Both the position numbers and the translations under genes were made by a program. DNA of 64,000 nt from the human T2T-CHM13v2.0 reference genome, Homo sapiens. Positions 14,086 through 27,329 of this stretch are shown here, in pieces. The notes beneath the pieces are model-generated. The model was not told where the DNA came from, did no database searches, and saw only the letters and a program-made list of their open reading frames with translations. Positions within the stretch are counted from its first letter, which is position 1. Each line of letters starts with the position of its first letter. The stretch is taken from NCBI RefSeq assembly GCF_009914755.1, contig NC_060927.1; one strand, given 5' to 3'.

Positions 14086-15520
14086 TTTTGCTTTCTTCTC
14101 CCCTTGACCCTATTTCTTGACTATTACTTCCACTTTTTTTTTCTATCTTACTCATCTTACTGGGTAGTAATACTTACATTACCCATTTAGTTTGATTTCG
14201 TAGGGAGAGAAGAATTAACAGTACTTACAGAACAGGCTTCCTTTTGGATTAGAAATACAAACTTCACAGCTTCTCTGCCCAGCTTTTCAAGAGCATTTTA
14301 CAGTACACTGCTGTGTAACAAGTTCATTTTACGATAACATGCTGGGAGGGAGAAAAAGAAGACGAGATTCGAGAGGAAAAAATTAAAAAGTTAATTAAAA
14401 GAAACAACTTCGTAATTGGATTCCCTTGCACTCTTCTTTGGTTATTTTGGGGTGAGAGGAGGTGTCACAGTACACCTCCTTAGTAGGTTAGTAGGTTTGC
14501 TTCAGTGGCTCACCTCGAAACTTCTAAATGAGATAAGTATAACAATACAGATGATTCCCTGCCTGACAGATGAGAAGAAGTATAGGATACATATGGTGAG
14601 CTTGTTAAGCATGCCAAACAAAGCTGTCCTTATACTCACTCTTGAGCATTTATATTTCAAAATATTCTTGGCAGTTAACATTACTGTTAGGCTAAGCCTT
14701 GGACTATTAGCTAGCTTAAGGACATACAAAATGGACTTTTCATTGATGCCGTTTTACTATTTCTTTGCTTTCACCATATATAGACATCCACACAAGCACA
14801 CAATCAGAATAGCATAGGAAACTCATATACCCTTTTCAGACTGTACACTAGAAACAAATAAGCAACATAGTATTTCTTATTTTTAAAAGAAACATGAATA
14901 TTTATGTATTTAATCATTCTTTTTCACAGATCTGTACGAGTCAAAATAATTTAAGATGCTATCATTGAGATAGACAAGATAATGGAAGAGCATGGGCTTA
15001 GTAATCAAATGGAACTAGGTTTTAAACCCTCTCATCCACAATATTTACTTATTCATGAAGTCAACATGTATTTATTGAATGCCTACTGTGTGCCAAGCAC
15101 TACTGCAGTTGCTGATAACCTTTTGCGAGTTCTTATCATGGTTTTTGTTAACATCAATATTTGAGGTTTTGAAAATTAACTTTAGGGAGAGAATTTTCTA
15201 TATTTTCCAGCACTTTGTGTACCTCACTTTTGCCATAATCCATGAAGAAAGAACACGGTTAAACAGTCTATTATCTTACTCACCAAATTAGGTTAAATTG
15301 GGTTACTGATTCTACACCCAATCTCCAAAACAATGGCTAGAAAATAAGAGTTACTATTTTATGTCTAGAGACATTATGATGTTATCTCTCCCAAAGCATT
15401 AAGGACCACTAATCTAAGAGCCTATTGTTCAACCAGGGTAATATGTCAGAAGAAATGAATGCAAGTCTATCTGTAAACTTGTACTTCATCAGTGAAGATA
15501 GAGATTCAGCTTTTTGTGAA

Positions 15521-15550
15521 TATTAACAAGGGGATTTTGTGTTTTCACAG
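15521..15550 (+). promoter_or_regulatory. 3' splice site: candidate branch point (tattaAc, A~15526), short U-rich tract and CAG
   Basis: tattaacaaggggattttgtgttttcacag directly precedes the exon. Branch point position is inferred. Confidence 0.7.
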
Positions 15551-15642
15551 GTTATGGTTTTGTAGATTTTGACAGTCCTGCAGCTGCACAGAAAGCGGTA
15601 GCATCTCTCAAGGCAAATGGCGTGCAGGCACAGATGGCTAAG
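15551..15642 (+). CDS. RBMS3: Internal coding exon (probably exon 4) of RNA-binding motif single-stranded interacting protein 3; RRM1 RNP1 motif to end of RRM1
   Basis: Acceptor ttttgtgttttcacag| ends at 15550; donor AAG|gtaaga starts at 15643. 92 nt = 2 nt + 30 codons, (G)[37 protein letters not shown] is the RNP1 core. AVASLKANG matches RBMS3 as I recall it, versus RBMS1 AVSALKASG and RBMS2 AVTALKASG. Very long flanking introns also fit RBMS3. Confidence 0.95.
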
Positions 15643-15648
15643 GTAAGA
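15640..15648 (+). promoter_or_regulatory. 5' splice donor AAG|GTAAGA
   Basis: Near-consensus donor exactly at the end of the MAK codons. Confidence 0.9.
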
Positions 15649-15663
15649 TTGATGTTTAGGGGT

Positions 15664-15664
<1 letters not shown>

Positions 15665-15726
<62 letters not shown>

Positions 15727-15738
15727 GAGAGAGAGAGA
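15665..15738 (+). repeat. Compound microsatellite T30-(TG)14-AAA-(GA)7
   Basis: T 15665-15694, TG repeat to 15721, GA repeat 15725-15738. Confidence 0.95.
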
Positions 15739-16369
15739 TCAGGAGGAAGGAAGAAGGAGAGATTAAATATTTCTCCTTTGCTCTGAGCTCACTCAAACGT
15801 GGAGTTTGCAACAATTTGGTTTATATTTTCTTGTTAGGGAAAGTAAGAAACTCCACATTAGGTTTGGCTTAGGAGAATCTGTCTGGCTTATTTCATTGTT
15901 TCTTTGCCTATATTTATTATTGTATCTTTTGTTATGGTAACCTCATTAGAGACTTAAGGACACTCGCGAAGTGCTCTGTTCTGCTTGAGAAAGATGGGGC
16001 GTGTCTGTGTGTATGTGTCTTGGACTTCTACTGGTAAACAGTTTTAGAGTAGTAGAATTATCAGCAACTTGTCTTTGATAAACTGTGTGCTAAAAAAAGT
16101 GTGTGTTCTCTTAGCTGGGGAGAGCTGATTGTTGAATGATGGGGTTGTCTGATCTGTGCAGGGAAATGAGTTTAACTGAAGTGTACCGTGTCTGTACTGC
16201 TAGAATTTCACTTTGGCCTTTATATGTAGAGTTTTCTAAGATACTTTTAGGTATTAATAATTTTCAATAATTAAGTATCGTTAAATAGAATATGTATTCT
16301 AGAACCTTCTACCTGAAACTGTAATGTATTTTATTATCTAAGAAAATAAGTTAAATTATTTACAATCCT

Positions 16370-16590
16370 TTTGTGTCCTGATTGCAGTGGTGGTTACAAG
16401 AATCTATACCTGATAAAGTAACGTAGAACTATATATACATATTGCGCCAATGTCAGTTCCCTGGTTTTGATATAATCATATAAAATGTAAAATTTGTAGA
16501 AACCTCATGAAGGGTACATAGGCTCTCTCTGTACTGTCTTTGCAATGTCTTATAAATCTATAAATATTTCTAGCTAAAAAGTCAAAACAA
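16370..16590 (+). mobile_element. Old L1M (L1MC/MD/ME-like) 3' UTR fragment
   Basis: gattgcagtggtggttacaagaatctatac...gaagggtacataggctctctctgtactgtctttgcaa...tctataaatatttc. Confidence 0.65.
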
Positions 16591-18597
16591 TTGTTTATAA
16601 CATGGATGCTTATTAGATGTCTGCTTTAAAATGATGGCCATTTAGGATTTATTCACCTGCATCCTAAGTCTTTAAATATTCTTTCTGATTGATAATAGTG
16701 AACTTATTTATCTCTAGATTCTATAAATTTTAGGTGGAATGGCCAACAGACCTTGAAATCCTGATCTAATGTATTCATGCTCTGCTCGTGTATACATTTA
16801 AGTATTCCCATAAGAGTTGAGTGATAGAATGATAAGGTAGTCAGATTTTCAGTTATTTAGATTTTGTTGAGATTGCTAACATTATTTGATAACATTTTCC
16901 AATTTTGACCTCAAATAACTAGAGGTAAGATATTTGGTTTCTTCATCTTCAGTTGTCTTCTAGTGAACTGATACAGACCATATCTGTTAACCTTTTGTTG
17001 CAAGTCACTTCCCATATAGATTACTTTGGTGAACTCATTGTCCTTTATGACACATGACTAGTTGTTCAAGGCAGAATAAATTTGAATTCTTTCAGCTGTG
17101 TAATGTATTCTTCATCAAGATTACGCCTAGAAGCTTTGGATTTTTTTCATGGACTAAGATTGATGAAGTTAGCATTTTTAATTAATAAGGAAATTATATA
17201 CATGTCTTGGTTTAAAGGTTACTTGGCAAAGAGTCAATGGCATTAAGTAGTGACTTCCTATACCCACAAAACAAATGATGAAATGTAGCTGTTAGGTATA
17301 TGTAAAATAAGTAACTTGAATCTGGACTGAAAGTAACACCTACTTCCAAGAAAATGAATAGAAAAATGCTTAACGAAAAAGTTGTTATTGGAATTTCTTG
17401 ATCTATTCCATTGGTAAACTCCCAAATCTGGAAGTTAGCAGATTGTAGCACTTTAGAAGTAATGAAAACAGCATGCATAATCTCCACCATTTCAAATGTC
17501 CTCAGAATATGTATAGTTAGTTGTTAGATAAAAACCACTGCCATCTTGTGTAACAGGAAAAGAAAGTTGACACTGATTTTATAACTACTGGGGAACCATT
17601 ATGAATATTTTCCCTCAGTTTCCCAGCATTCTGCTGCACTGAGAATCCCTCTTTCTCTCTCTCTCTTACCCACTCCCCCGCACCCTCTGACTCTTTCATT
17701 CTCTCTCTCTAATCACTGATATCTCACCTAGTCAGAAGGCTATTTGATTTGGGGAAATATTTTAAAGACCTCCTAAAACGATTATTTTTCCTAGCCAGCA
17801 TTTTGGCCATTGGCTCACGCCCACTGTACAAAAAATGAGATTCCAATTGGAATGTTTAAAGTCACTTTTATTTCTGTAGTCTGCTCAAAGATTTTACCTT
17901 ATTAATTCTGCTGCCTGTGAAGTTAATTCTTATTCTCTTAGCTTTAGACTCATATCTGCCTACTGGAAAACTTTCAGCAATGAATGACTCTGTAATTTAA
18001 CTATCTATAAGAAAATAAATAGGCTCCCTTTGAGAATAAAATAGGACAAGCTTGACCACCACTGTATTAGCAGATTTCTCACTGAGCTATTGGATTTCAT
18101 GGCATTTTCCTCCTTTGTCCTGGTGATAACTATTATTTATTATCATATAAACCTGCAGTCTGCTGGGTGTGTGAAACTTGCACTATATTTTTGGCCATTT
18201 AAGTATCTACTGAATCACCTCTTGCATCCTTGTTCTTATCAATATCCTACTATGCAGGTTGTGGTGTCACATTTAGTGACTCCAGCATTTTAAAATAAAA
18301 ATATTACCAACACTCTAGTTTCCCAATAGTAACCTTCAGCTAACATAAAACTCTCCAAGTGAATTGTCTTATTTAGCTAGCTTATTCCAGTGTGTGCATA
18401 TGGAAAATCCAACTGATTTGTCAACCAATAGCAAGTTACCCAGGAAGTGGTAATTGATTAATAATGAATTACCATTAACGGAGATGAACATTTTTCTGTA
18501 TACTTACTGTTCTGCCACAAAGGAGTTTATTTTTTTTTTTTTTTGGTATCAAAAGTCATGTTTCTTTTAGGAAATCAGATTCAGAATATTTTAGTAA

Positions 18598-18825
18598 TAC
18601 ATAGTGGTTAGGAGCATAGATTTGGAGAGAAGTAAACTTGGCCTTGAATCCTGGCTCTGGTACCACCTGGCTGTGTGACCTTGGCTAAGTTACTTAAATA
18701 TCTCTGAACTTCTCTAATAATAACTCTTAGGTTAGAGAACTGCTGTGAGAATTTTAAAAAATACATTAAGTATTTAGCATAGAGCCTAGATCATAGTAAG
18801 AATTTAGTAAATGTTAGTTATTCAA
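18598..18825 (+). mobile_element. MIR SINE
   Basis: atagtggttaggagcatag...ttgaatcctggctctg...ctgtgtgaccttggctaagttactt...taaatgttagtta. Confidence 0.8.
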
Positions 18826-19069
18826 TAAATATTGTTATACATTTAATTCAAATTTGCTACTAAACCTTCTATAAATCGTAATACATGTTTTAAATGTGTT
18901 ATTCCAAATTATTTTCTTTAAAATATATAATAAGTAGCATCAGTCAGCAAACATTTTTTATTGCCTACTCTGTCTAGGCAGGGTACTGAATATTGGAGAA
19001 TGAAGATTGAATAAAAAATTCTTTTTTTTTCTGAATGTTTAACACTTATTCTATCTCCTGAATTGCTAC

Positions 19070-19550
19070 AGCTCCAGACTATGAATTTTGGCTGTTACCG
19101 TTCTTGGCAACTTCAGGATATAGAGAAAAAACTTATTGGCCAAGGAATATGTGTCTCTATAAGCATGAAAAAAAGTGAAGAAATCCCTGCTAACAATAAG
19201 TTAACTTGCAGATATTTATTTTACTCAGTAGGAAGAAGGCCATAGATAGACAGCAGAGGCCAATTCTTTGGGGTGCCATCAAGGATCAAGGCAGCTCTGC
19301 CATCTTTTATCCCTGGCTTTTATGTCACACATTTATAAGATGGCTTCTAAAGTTCCAGCTCTTGTATCCACAGTTAATCCAGGAAAAAGAGAAAAAAGCA
19401 AATAGATGAAGGAGCAGTATGGCTGATTTTGTCCTTTTAAAGGTTTTTCCAGAATCTCAAATCAGCAATTTGTGCTTACAACTCAAAAGCCAAAACTGAG
19501 TCATATGATTTCCCGCTTTCTTGTAAGAGAGTATGAAATGATGAGTGTTT
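19070..19550 (-). mobile_element. Old ERVL-MaLR LTR (MLT1J/K/L-like), tentative
   Basis: gccatcaaggatcaaggcagctctgccatc...aagatggcttctaaagttccagc resembles old MLT1 LTRs in reverse orientation. Confidence 0.45.
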
Positions 19551-20740
19551 CGACTTCTTTGCCTCTGCAAGCAGAGAAAATTAATAATAGTCCATCCCCT
19601 TGGCTATCCAGCATCCATGACATCAATAAAGGTGACATGCGTACATACATTTTAGGTGGCATGCATTAATTCTTTCCCAAAAAGAACCCACCTCAAAGCT
19701 GTGATTGCATCTGGTGACTCGGTTATCTCCAACAGGCCCATGGCTCCTCCTCATAGCTCAGCAAGTCATACCTTTAAAAGAGAAGTTATCTGTCTGAATT
19801 CCCGCAATGTAGAATGACATAGAAACAACAGGATACATGCACTTAAAGGAAAATGACTATTTAGGAAAGGAGAAAATGGGAAGCAAGCCTAAATTATTGA
19901 TCTCAAATACATATCAAATCCTGCTAGGTGGAAATAGAATTCTTGAGTTGTCAGTGCAATAAGTTCCTTGGTTATCCAATCACATAACCCCTGATTCTGT
20001 CATCCAGAGGGATCTTACTTGCCCCTTATTCTCTGTGGCCTCATTGAGGCCTCGCTGGAGAACTGCACAGCTTTGGAGGCTTTTCCTGGATATATTTAGA
20101 AACACTAGAATGGGTCTACATATTAAACAGTCATGAATTATTACCAGCCAGTCCTTGAGTAATCTCAGGCTTAACAGGCATCTTTCTTATTTGCTTTCTG
20201 TCGATTCCAAATATGAGTAAACACAGTATATCTTATTCTAGAGGAAATGTCCGCAGAAAAGAAGTCACTCCCTCTCAGGGCCTTCAGATAAGACTTCATC
20301 AGGTGTACTACCAGACTGCCATTACAGTTCCCAAAGGTGATTCATTTCCAGTGGGATTTGTAGAGTAAATCTCAGTCAAGCAATCACAAAAGAGACTAAG
20401 TGTCCCAGAGGATGTCAAGTAGCTTGAAAGGCATAATGTAAAAATATTATATCTACCATGGCAGAAAACCAGATTGAGACCAGAGGAAAGGACTTCACTT
20501 ATAAATCAATGACCTTGATAGTAGTTGTCTTCGAAAAAAAATAAAAAAACCAGTGGATTTTTTTACTTGACATATAAAAAGATGAAAAGTCAAAATCAAG
20601 GAATATACAAAAGAAAATATGTTAAATTCAAACACACATACACACACACACACAATGAATTTACAAAATATATCACCACAGTGAAGCCATATCAGTTATA
20701 TTCCAGTAGAAGACTTTTAGTTAATTAAGGAAGGGTGTAT

Positions 20741-21608
20741 AATTTACAAGAAAAAACCAAACAACCTCATAAAAAAAGTGGGTGAAGGATATGAACAGAC
20801 ACTTCTCAAAAGAAGACATTTATGCAGCCAACAGACACATGAAAAAATGCTCATTATCACTGGCCATCAGAGAAATGCAAATCAAAACCACAGTGAGATA
20901 CCATCTCACACCAGTTAGAATGGCAATTATTAAAAAGTCAGGAAACAACAGGTGCTGGAGAGGATGTGGAGAAATAGGAACTCTTTTACACTGTTGGTGA
21001 GACTGTAAACTAGTTCAACCATTGTGGCAGACAGTGTAGTGATTCCTCAAGGATCTAGAAATAGAAATACCATTTGACCCAGTGATCCCATTACTGGGTA
21101 TATACCCAAAGGATTATAAATCATGCTGCTATGAAGACACATGCACACATATCTTTATTGCGGCACTATTCACAATAGCAAAGACTTGGAACCAACCCAA
21201 ATGTCCATCGATGATAGACTGGATTAAGAAAATATGGCACATATACACCATGGAATACTATGCAGCCATAAAAAAGGATGAGTTCATGTCCTTTGTAGGG
21301 ACATGGATGAAGCTGGAAACCATCATTCTCAGCAAAGTATCGCAAAGACAAAAAACCAAACACCGCATGTTCTCACTCATAGGTGGGAATTGAACAATGA
21401 GAACACTTGGACACAGGAAGGGGAACATCACACACTGGGGCCTGTCATGGGATTGGGGGAGGGGGTGGGGGGAGGGAAAGCATTAGCATATATAGCTAAT
21501 GTAAATGACGAGTTAATGGGTGCAACACACCAACATGGCACATGTATACATATGTAACAAACCTGCACGTTGTGCACATGTACCCTAGAACTTAAAGTAT
21601 AATAAAAA
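20741..21608 (+). mobile_element. 5'-truncated L1PA (about L1PA4-6): ORF2 C-terminus, 3'UTR and short A tail
   Basis: ORF2 end [17 protein letters not shown]...[15 protein letters not shown]...HRMFSLIGGN; perfect 14-bp TSD aaggaagggtgtat at 20727-20740 and 21609-21622; TT/AA target site. Confidence 0.97.
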
Positions 21609-23554
21609 AAGGAAGGGTGTATTCAATAGAATATTCTAGACCATTTTACCAAAGTGCAACTATTGGCCTCATAATGTGGCTTGTCTACCAAAGCTACTCT
21701 TCTGAATGCACAGGTATATGACAGGCATTGTCAGCCACACTCCTGTAGTATAAGATCGTATTAGTAGTTTTTGTTTTTATCATTCCTAGGTAAAGCAGAA
21801 GAAACAGGCTATTTGCTATTTATTGGTCACTACAGTGGGATGGAGCCTCCTGGTAAACATAGAGGCTTCTCAAGGGCTCCCTATGTAGGAAGGAAAGAGG
21901 CATTGTTCCAGGGTAACTTGAGCAGGCGATTCGAGAGTTGTTTCCTGAGACTGGGTGGGAAAAATCAATACTTTATATAGTGATGGACAAGGGCTATCTG
22001 GGGATGCTAATGTTCCTAGAATAATGTCCATGTCTTTTTGTTTGTTTGTTTTGCAATAAGATCAAAGGATCAGAGATCCCTATATGCTATCATTTGCTTG
22101 TATCCCATTTTTCCCCCATGGGGACAAGGGCTGTAGGCTCAAACTGAAGCAGGAATCTCTCATTCTCCTACTTTCTCAACACATTTATGTTGAACACCTG
22201 CTATCCACAAGGATTGTTCTACATGCTACAGACATAGTACTGAGCCAAACAAAGTTTCATGAAGTTCACATAGGGTATTACAAAAAGTAACTGTTATACA
22301 AAGAGATATAATTTATTAGATTGTAACAATTGGTTTGAAGAAAATTAAAACCAGTTACAGTTACAAAATAGGAGATGGAGATGGTGGTTAAATAGGATAT
22401 GGAGATGGTAGTATTTTAGGTACAGTGGTCAGGAAAAGCCTTTCTAATCACGTGACATTTGAACATGTATCTAAAAGAAATGAGAGGAGAAAACTATACT
22501 TATATTTAAGCAATAGTTATGAAAATTTTCTATAGTAATTTAAAATAGACCAGACTCTTTAGTGAGATAGCATCTTTGGGTTTTATTATTGTCTATATCC
22601 TGCATCTTTATAACAATAGAAGAGTTGCATAAACTACCATCATTTCCCCCCTTTTTTGTGGGAGTTGTCTGGTTTCAAGTCATCCTAATATTGCACTGTT
22701 TGGAATTTTTTTTTCATGTGAGTCAAATTCTAATTGATCAATAAATTTTTATTTCAACACTTACCTTCTTCAAATCGTGTTGTTCTATTGTTGTACCAGT
22801 GGGTGTAAGAATATGACAAGACACCTTCCTCTACAGTTGTGGAATGCACTTTAAATAACTGTGATTCCAAAGAAAATCATTCTGATGGTGCTTTTAACAT
22901 AGTTCATTACTCTTGAATGACTGATGCAATGTAATGTAAACCTTGCTCTATCTCATTTCCTAAAATGAATATTTGTATCATTTGCTCCTGTGGGATACAT
23001 CTTCAACAGACAGATCTCTCTAAAAATATATAAGTATTATTTTTCTCATGATTGAAAATTTTAAAATTTTCTGTAAAAGAAATACTTACTGGCTGGTCTT
23101 TTACATGTCTATAAAATATTTGTGAATATCTGCTTTGTTGGCTATGTCAATTTGGCTCAGTTTTTTTCCTGATCCAAATGCTGAATGCAGGGATTCAAAA
23201 CTCAATATTGAAATTGTCAGGGTTGATCTTAATCCTATTCATTAATTATTTGAAGTTTTTGAAGCAGACTCATCTAAAGTTAAATATTTGTATTAGCTTA
23301 TATCGAATGATTTCCATAATCTGCCTGTGGGTACTACCCTCTGCTTTTGCAAGGACTCTACTATGTCATCTTAAGTGAAACAGTGCATATGTATACTAGT
23401 AAAATTCTCTGCTTTCCTAGCATTGGACAAAAACAAAAATCAACAAAAGAATTGCCTCAGTGTCTTAAACTGGGATCCCTACTAGTTGACTAGACACTTA
23501 GTTACTGAAGGATATGTGTGGAATTCAAGTTCTTTTCAACCTATAAGAAATATC

Positions 23555-23870
<316 letters not shown>

Positions 23871-24546
23871 AAGAAACATCAACACTTTCAAACTTTCATC
23901 CTGCCTCTTTGAAGAGAATGTGTCCACAAGCTGATCTGAGTCAATTACTCATTTCTGGATGTACTGTTGAGAAAATCAAATAATGAATAGTCTTCATTCA
24001 TGGCTTTAATAATTTGTTCTTAAAGTTGAAAGGAAAAGGTATTTTCTCTAAACACCATTGTTGTCCATCGGGTGTGCCTAACTAAAAGTACTGCTTTGTC
24101 CCACGTAGATTCTGATCCCACTGAAAAAGACAAAGAAGTATGTCAAAATAAGAAAACTATTGGTTGTATGACTGCTGGTGTTACATTAGGAAAATGTGAC
24201 TTAGGTTTGTGAGGAAAATGAATCTTTCAATAGCGAATGTCAAAATTTGGTTTAGCCATTCAGTCACAGGGAGTGCCGGACAACCACGTGTCTCCCCACC
24301 CATGGATGAGATCTTTACTTCTTATGATACTAGGAGGAAATAGTGAATGTGCTCTCTACTGGCAGTTAGATCCCAAGGACAAGGGAGAGAGCAATGAGCC
24401 ACGCTTGCTGAGCTCTTGCTCTCAAACTCACAAGTCCGGTGAGTTATTATTTCTCCCATTTGGAAGTATTATGTAAGTGGACAAGTAAGAGAAGGACCAG
24501 GAGTGTTACACCACTATCTTTCCATAAGAAAGTAGAAGCAATGGAA

Positions 24547-24633
24547 GCTTTCCTGGACCCAACTATGTAACCAACTATAATTGGCTTTCCTGCTTTCCTG
24601 GCCCCAACGTTTAACCAACTATAATTGCTTTCT
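24547..24633 (+). repeat. ~45-bp imperfect tandem duplication
   Basis: gctttcctggacccaactatgtaaccaactataattggctttcct / gctttcctggccccaacgtttaaccaactataattgctttct. Confidence 0.85.
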
Positions 24634-24914
24634 GCATTTTATTTTTATACTGTACTCTAAAAATGATTGGATGAATTGGAATGGTGGAATTATATAATAT
24701 ATGAATTATGCTAAATGGTTGAACATTTTAACACTGAGAAACCTACAGACTACCGAGGTTCACGGTCCACCTTCTGTTTCTGTGTAATTTACTTCTGGTG
24801 TGCTCTGAGATGCTCTTCAAGTCCTTTAACTATATCTATTCTGCAAAAAGGCAAGGAGACAGACAAACGGATGCAGGGAATAAAGGAGATTATTTCTTGA
24901 ACATCAGCCTTAAT

Positions 24915-25095
24915 GCTGGTGAATAGGTTAAGTGCTTTTATAATTATTATCTCATTTAATTCTTACTAGGGTCCTTGGAGGTAGGTATTATTATTCCAAT
25001 TGTACAGGTGAAAAAATAGGGGATGTCCCACATTCACTAAGATAGTCAAGTGGTCTTGAACCCAAGCCTTTCTGGTTCCAAAGCCTTATTCTTTC
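24915..25095 (-). mobile_element. MIR SINE
   Basis: taagtgctttata...tctcatttaattctt...ggaggtaggtattattattccaattgtacaggtgaaaaa...ttgaacccaagc. Confidence 0.75.
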
Positions 25096-27329
25096 CAAGG
25101 AGATCATAAGTCTGTTAATGCTGTTTTCTAGTCTCTTCAGCGGAGCTTGGCTTTTGAATTTCTGAAACGGAATAACAGACTGGATAAAATTATTAAATCA
25201 GTGAACTGCAGAATCTATTAGAGTCCCTGATATACATAGTGGGGCTTCATGAATCTTTGTGGAATTAATGAATATGGGAATGAACAAATGAATAATCAGT
25301 ACTGGTTATATTTTAATGGTTTTCAATTCTGATAAATTTTTGTGACCTCAAACTGAATTTTGCACAGAAATAGTCCTTTAATTCACTATCCTAATGAATT
25401 ATTCAGAACCTAATTCCTGAGCTCACAAACAATGGTTCAATTTAATCCTAACTATTGACTGGTGGAATGGGACAAGATGGACATCTTTGTTTCTTCAGAA
25501 AATAGATGACAAGAATTTGGAAATGAAGACCAATAACTCTTATATTTTAGAAGTCTTAAAGAAATTGGGTATACACTTGCATATAGTTACATGTGTATGC
25601 ACACATATACATTCCCAAAATACATGTTTTTTTAAAGATGTTTAATTATCACAGGTAGCTATAATTTTTCCATGCAATAACACAATAACTAAAACATGTT
25701 TGATAGTTCCTCAGCACATCTGACTTTTATTGAAAGTGAAACCTAAAGATAAGTAATAAACAAACTTGAATGATAGGCCTCTGTGATCTCTGGTTTTGTG
25801 TGCATGCTATATTTATTACACTATGATGTGTATCACTTGGACACTTGTGAGAGCTGTTCACAAATGCATACAGTGGACACACAAAAACAAAACAGAAATG
25901 TGAGTGTTGTGAAAAAGAAGGCAGCATACTCAGTTTAATCCTCTTTTCCCACCGTGTCCAGGACACACTTTTTAACTGCTATTTGAATGACTTAACCACA
26001 CCGTGAAACTTAGAGTCTGCTGGCTAAATCAGTGGGAGTTGACATTCCAACATCTGTAAGCACATTAACTCCTTCTTCATATCTAAGAAGTATTCCAAAC
26101 TTAAGAGAACATTCAACTTTAGAAAATGGTAAAATTCAAAACAAAACCAGACTTTTTTTCCCTATTGAAATGGATTTTTTTTTCACTTTTCTGTGAAAGG
26201 ACATTAGCAATATCATACCTTTCTGTAAAGGAAATAAAGTTTTAAATGACGCAATATTAAGAGCTCATTTTTTCATACTCATGAATTACTTTTAGCCTAA
26301 GGATCCATTTGGAAATTATATTCACATATCAAAGATAAACTGTCTTCCCTGGTGTTCATATTTAAGGTAACTGAACAAAGTTGCTTGATGAGACCAGCAC
26401 AAAATGAATTTTACTCTTTTCTGATTCAAAGGTAAATTTCTTGTAAGATGATAGACATTACTGAAATCATCACTGTTAAAAAATATAAATCACACTCCAT
26501 GAGAAGAATGACATATTACTTGTGGACGAACACTTACCAGTGTATTGTTAGATATCTGGTTTCGGAAATATCCATAGTTAGACATTAATGTAAGAAATGT
26601 CACTACCTTATAAAGACACAATATCAAACAAAGTTAAGTTTATTGGATACCAGAATGCAGCGCACAGAAGTCTGTGTTTTAAATTCCCAGAAAATATTGA
26701 TTTGCTAATGTAACATCATTAAAACTGTGTACCCAGCTTCTGGCTTTATATATTCCCGAGGAAGCCACTCCCAATTTCCCCATGAAATATGCAAAAATAC
26801 AGTAAAGAATGATCAACAACTACCCTTGAAAGACCAAGGTTAATAGGCAACGGATTTCCAGAAAGACTCAAGGATTTTATAATTACTGAGACAATCTTAG
26901 AGCAAAATTGAGATTCTTAATATCTCTTTAGTCTATACTTAATTATTTTATACAAAAGTCCTGTTTTTCTTATTCTCTCTCCCTTACTTAACTTCTAGAA
27001 GATAAGATTACACACAAACACACAAACAAATACATATCAACCATATCATATTGTCAAATATAGGCATCTGATATTGCAGTCATTCCTGCTGAGTATGATT
27101 CATTTGAGGAGGTGCCTTCATCATCTTTTTTATTTTTCTCTTCTTCTGTCTCCCCGCCTCCGTCTAAGAGCCATCAGATCAGAGTCTCTAAGAGCACAAT
27201 CTGAGAATGTGTATTTTAAAAACATTTCTCCTATAATACCTAATGCTTAACTGTATTTTTTATAAACTTAGATTTTTTTTTAAAAGGAACAAAAACCTAC
27301 AAGGAGGAAGCCAGCTTCAGTGCAAATTC

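Noticed and set aside
14416-14817. 133-aa ORF near the exon
   Set aside because: Non-ATG start, no recognisable domain, composition typical of AT-rich noncoding DNA, and no supporting splice structure.
15551-15642. Processed pseudogene fragment, or RBMS1/RBMS2 exon
   Set aside because: Homology stops exactly at canonical AG and GT splice sites, the frame is intact, and the diagnostic residues fit RBMS3.
20782-21557. ORFs of 65-103 aa with protein-like sequence
   Set aside because: They are interrupted pieces of the L1 ORF2 C-terminus and 3'UTR in a 5'-truncated copy.
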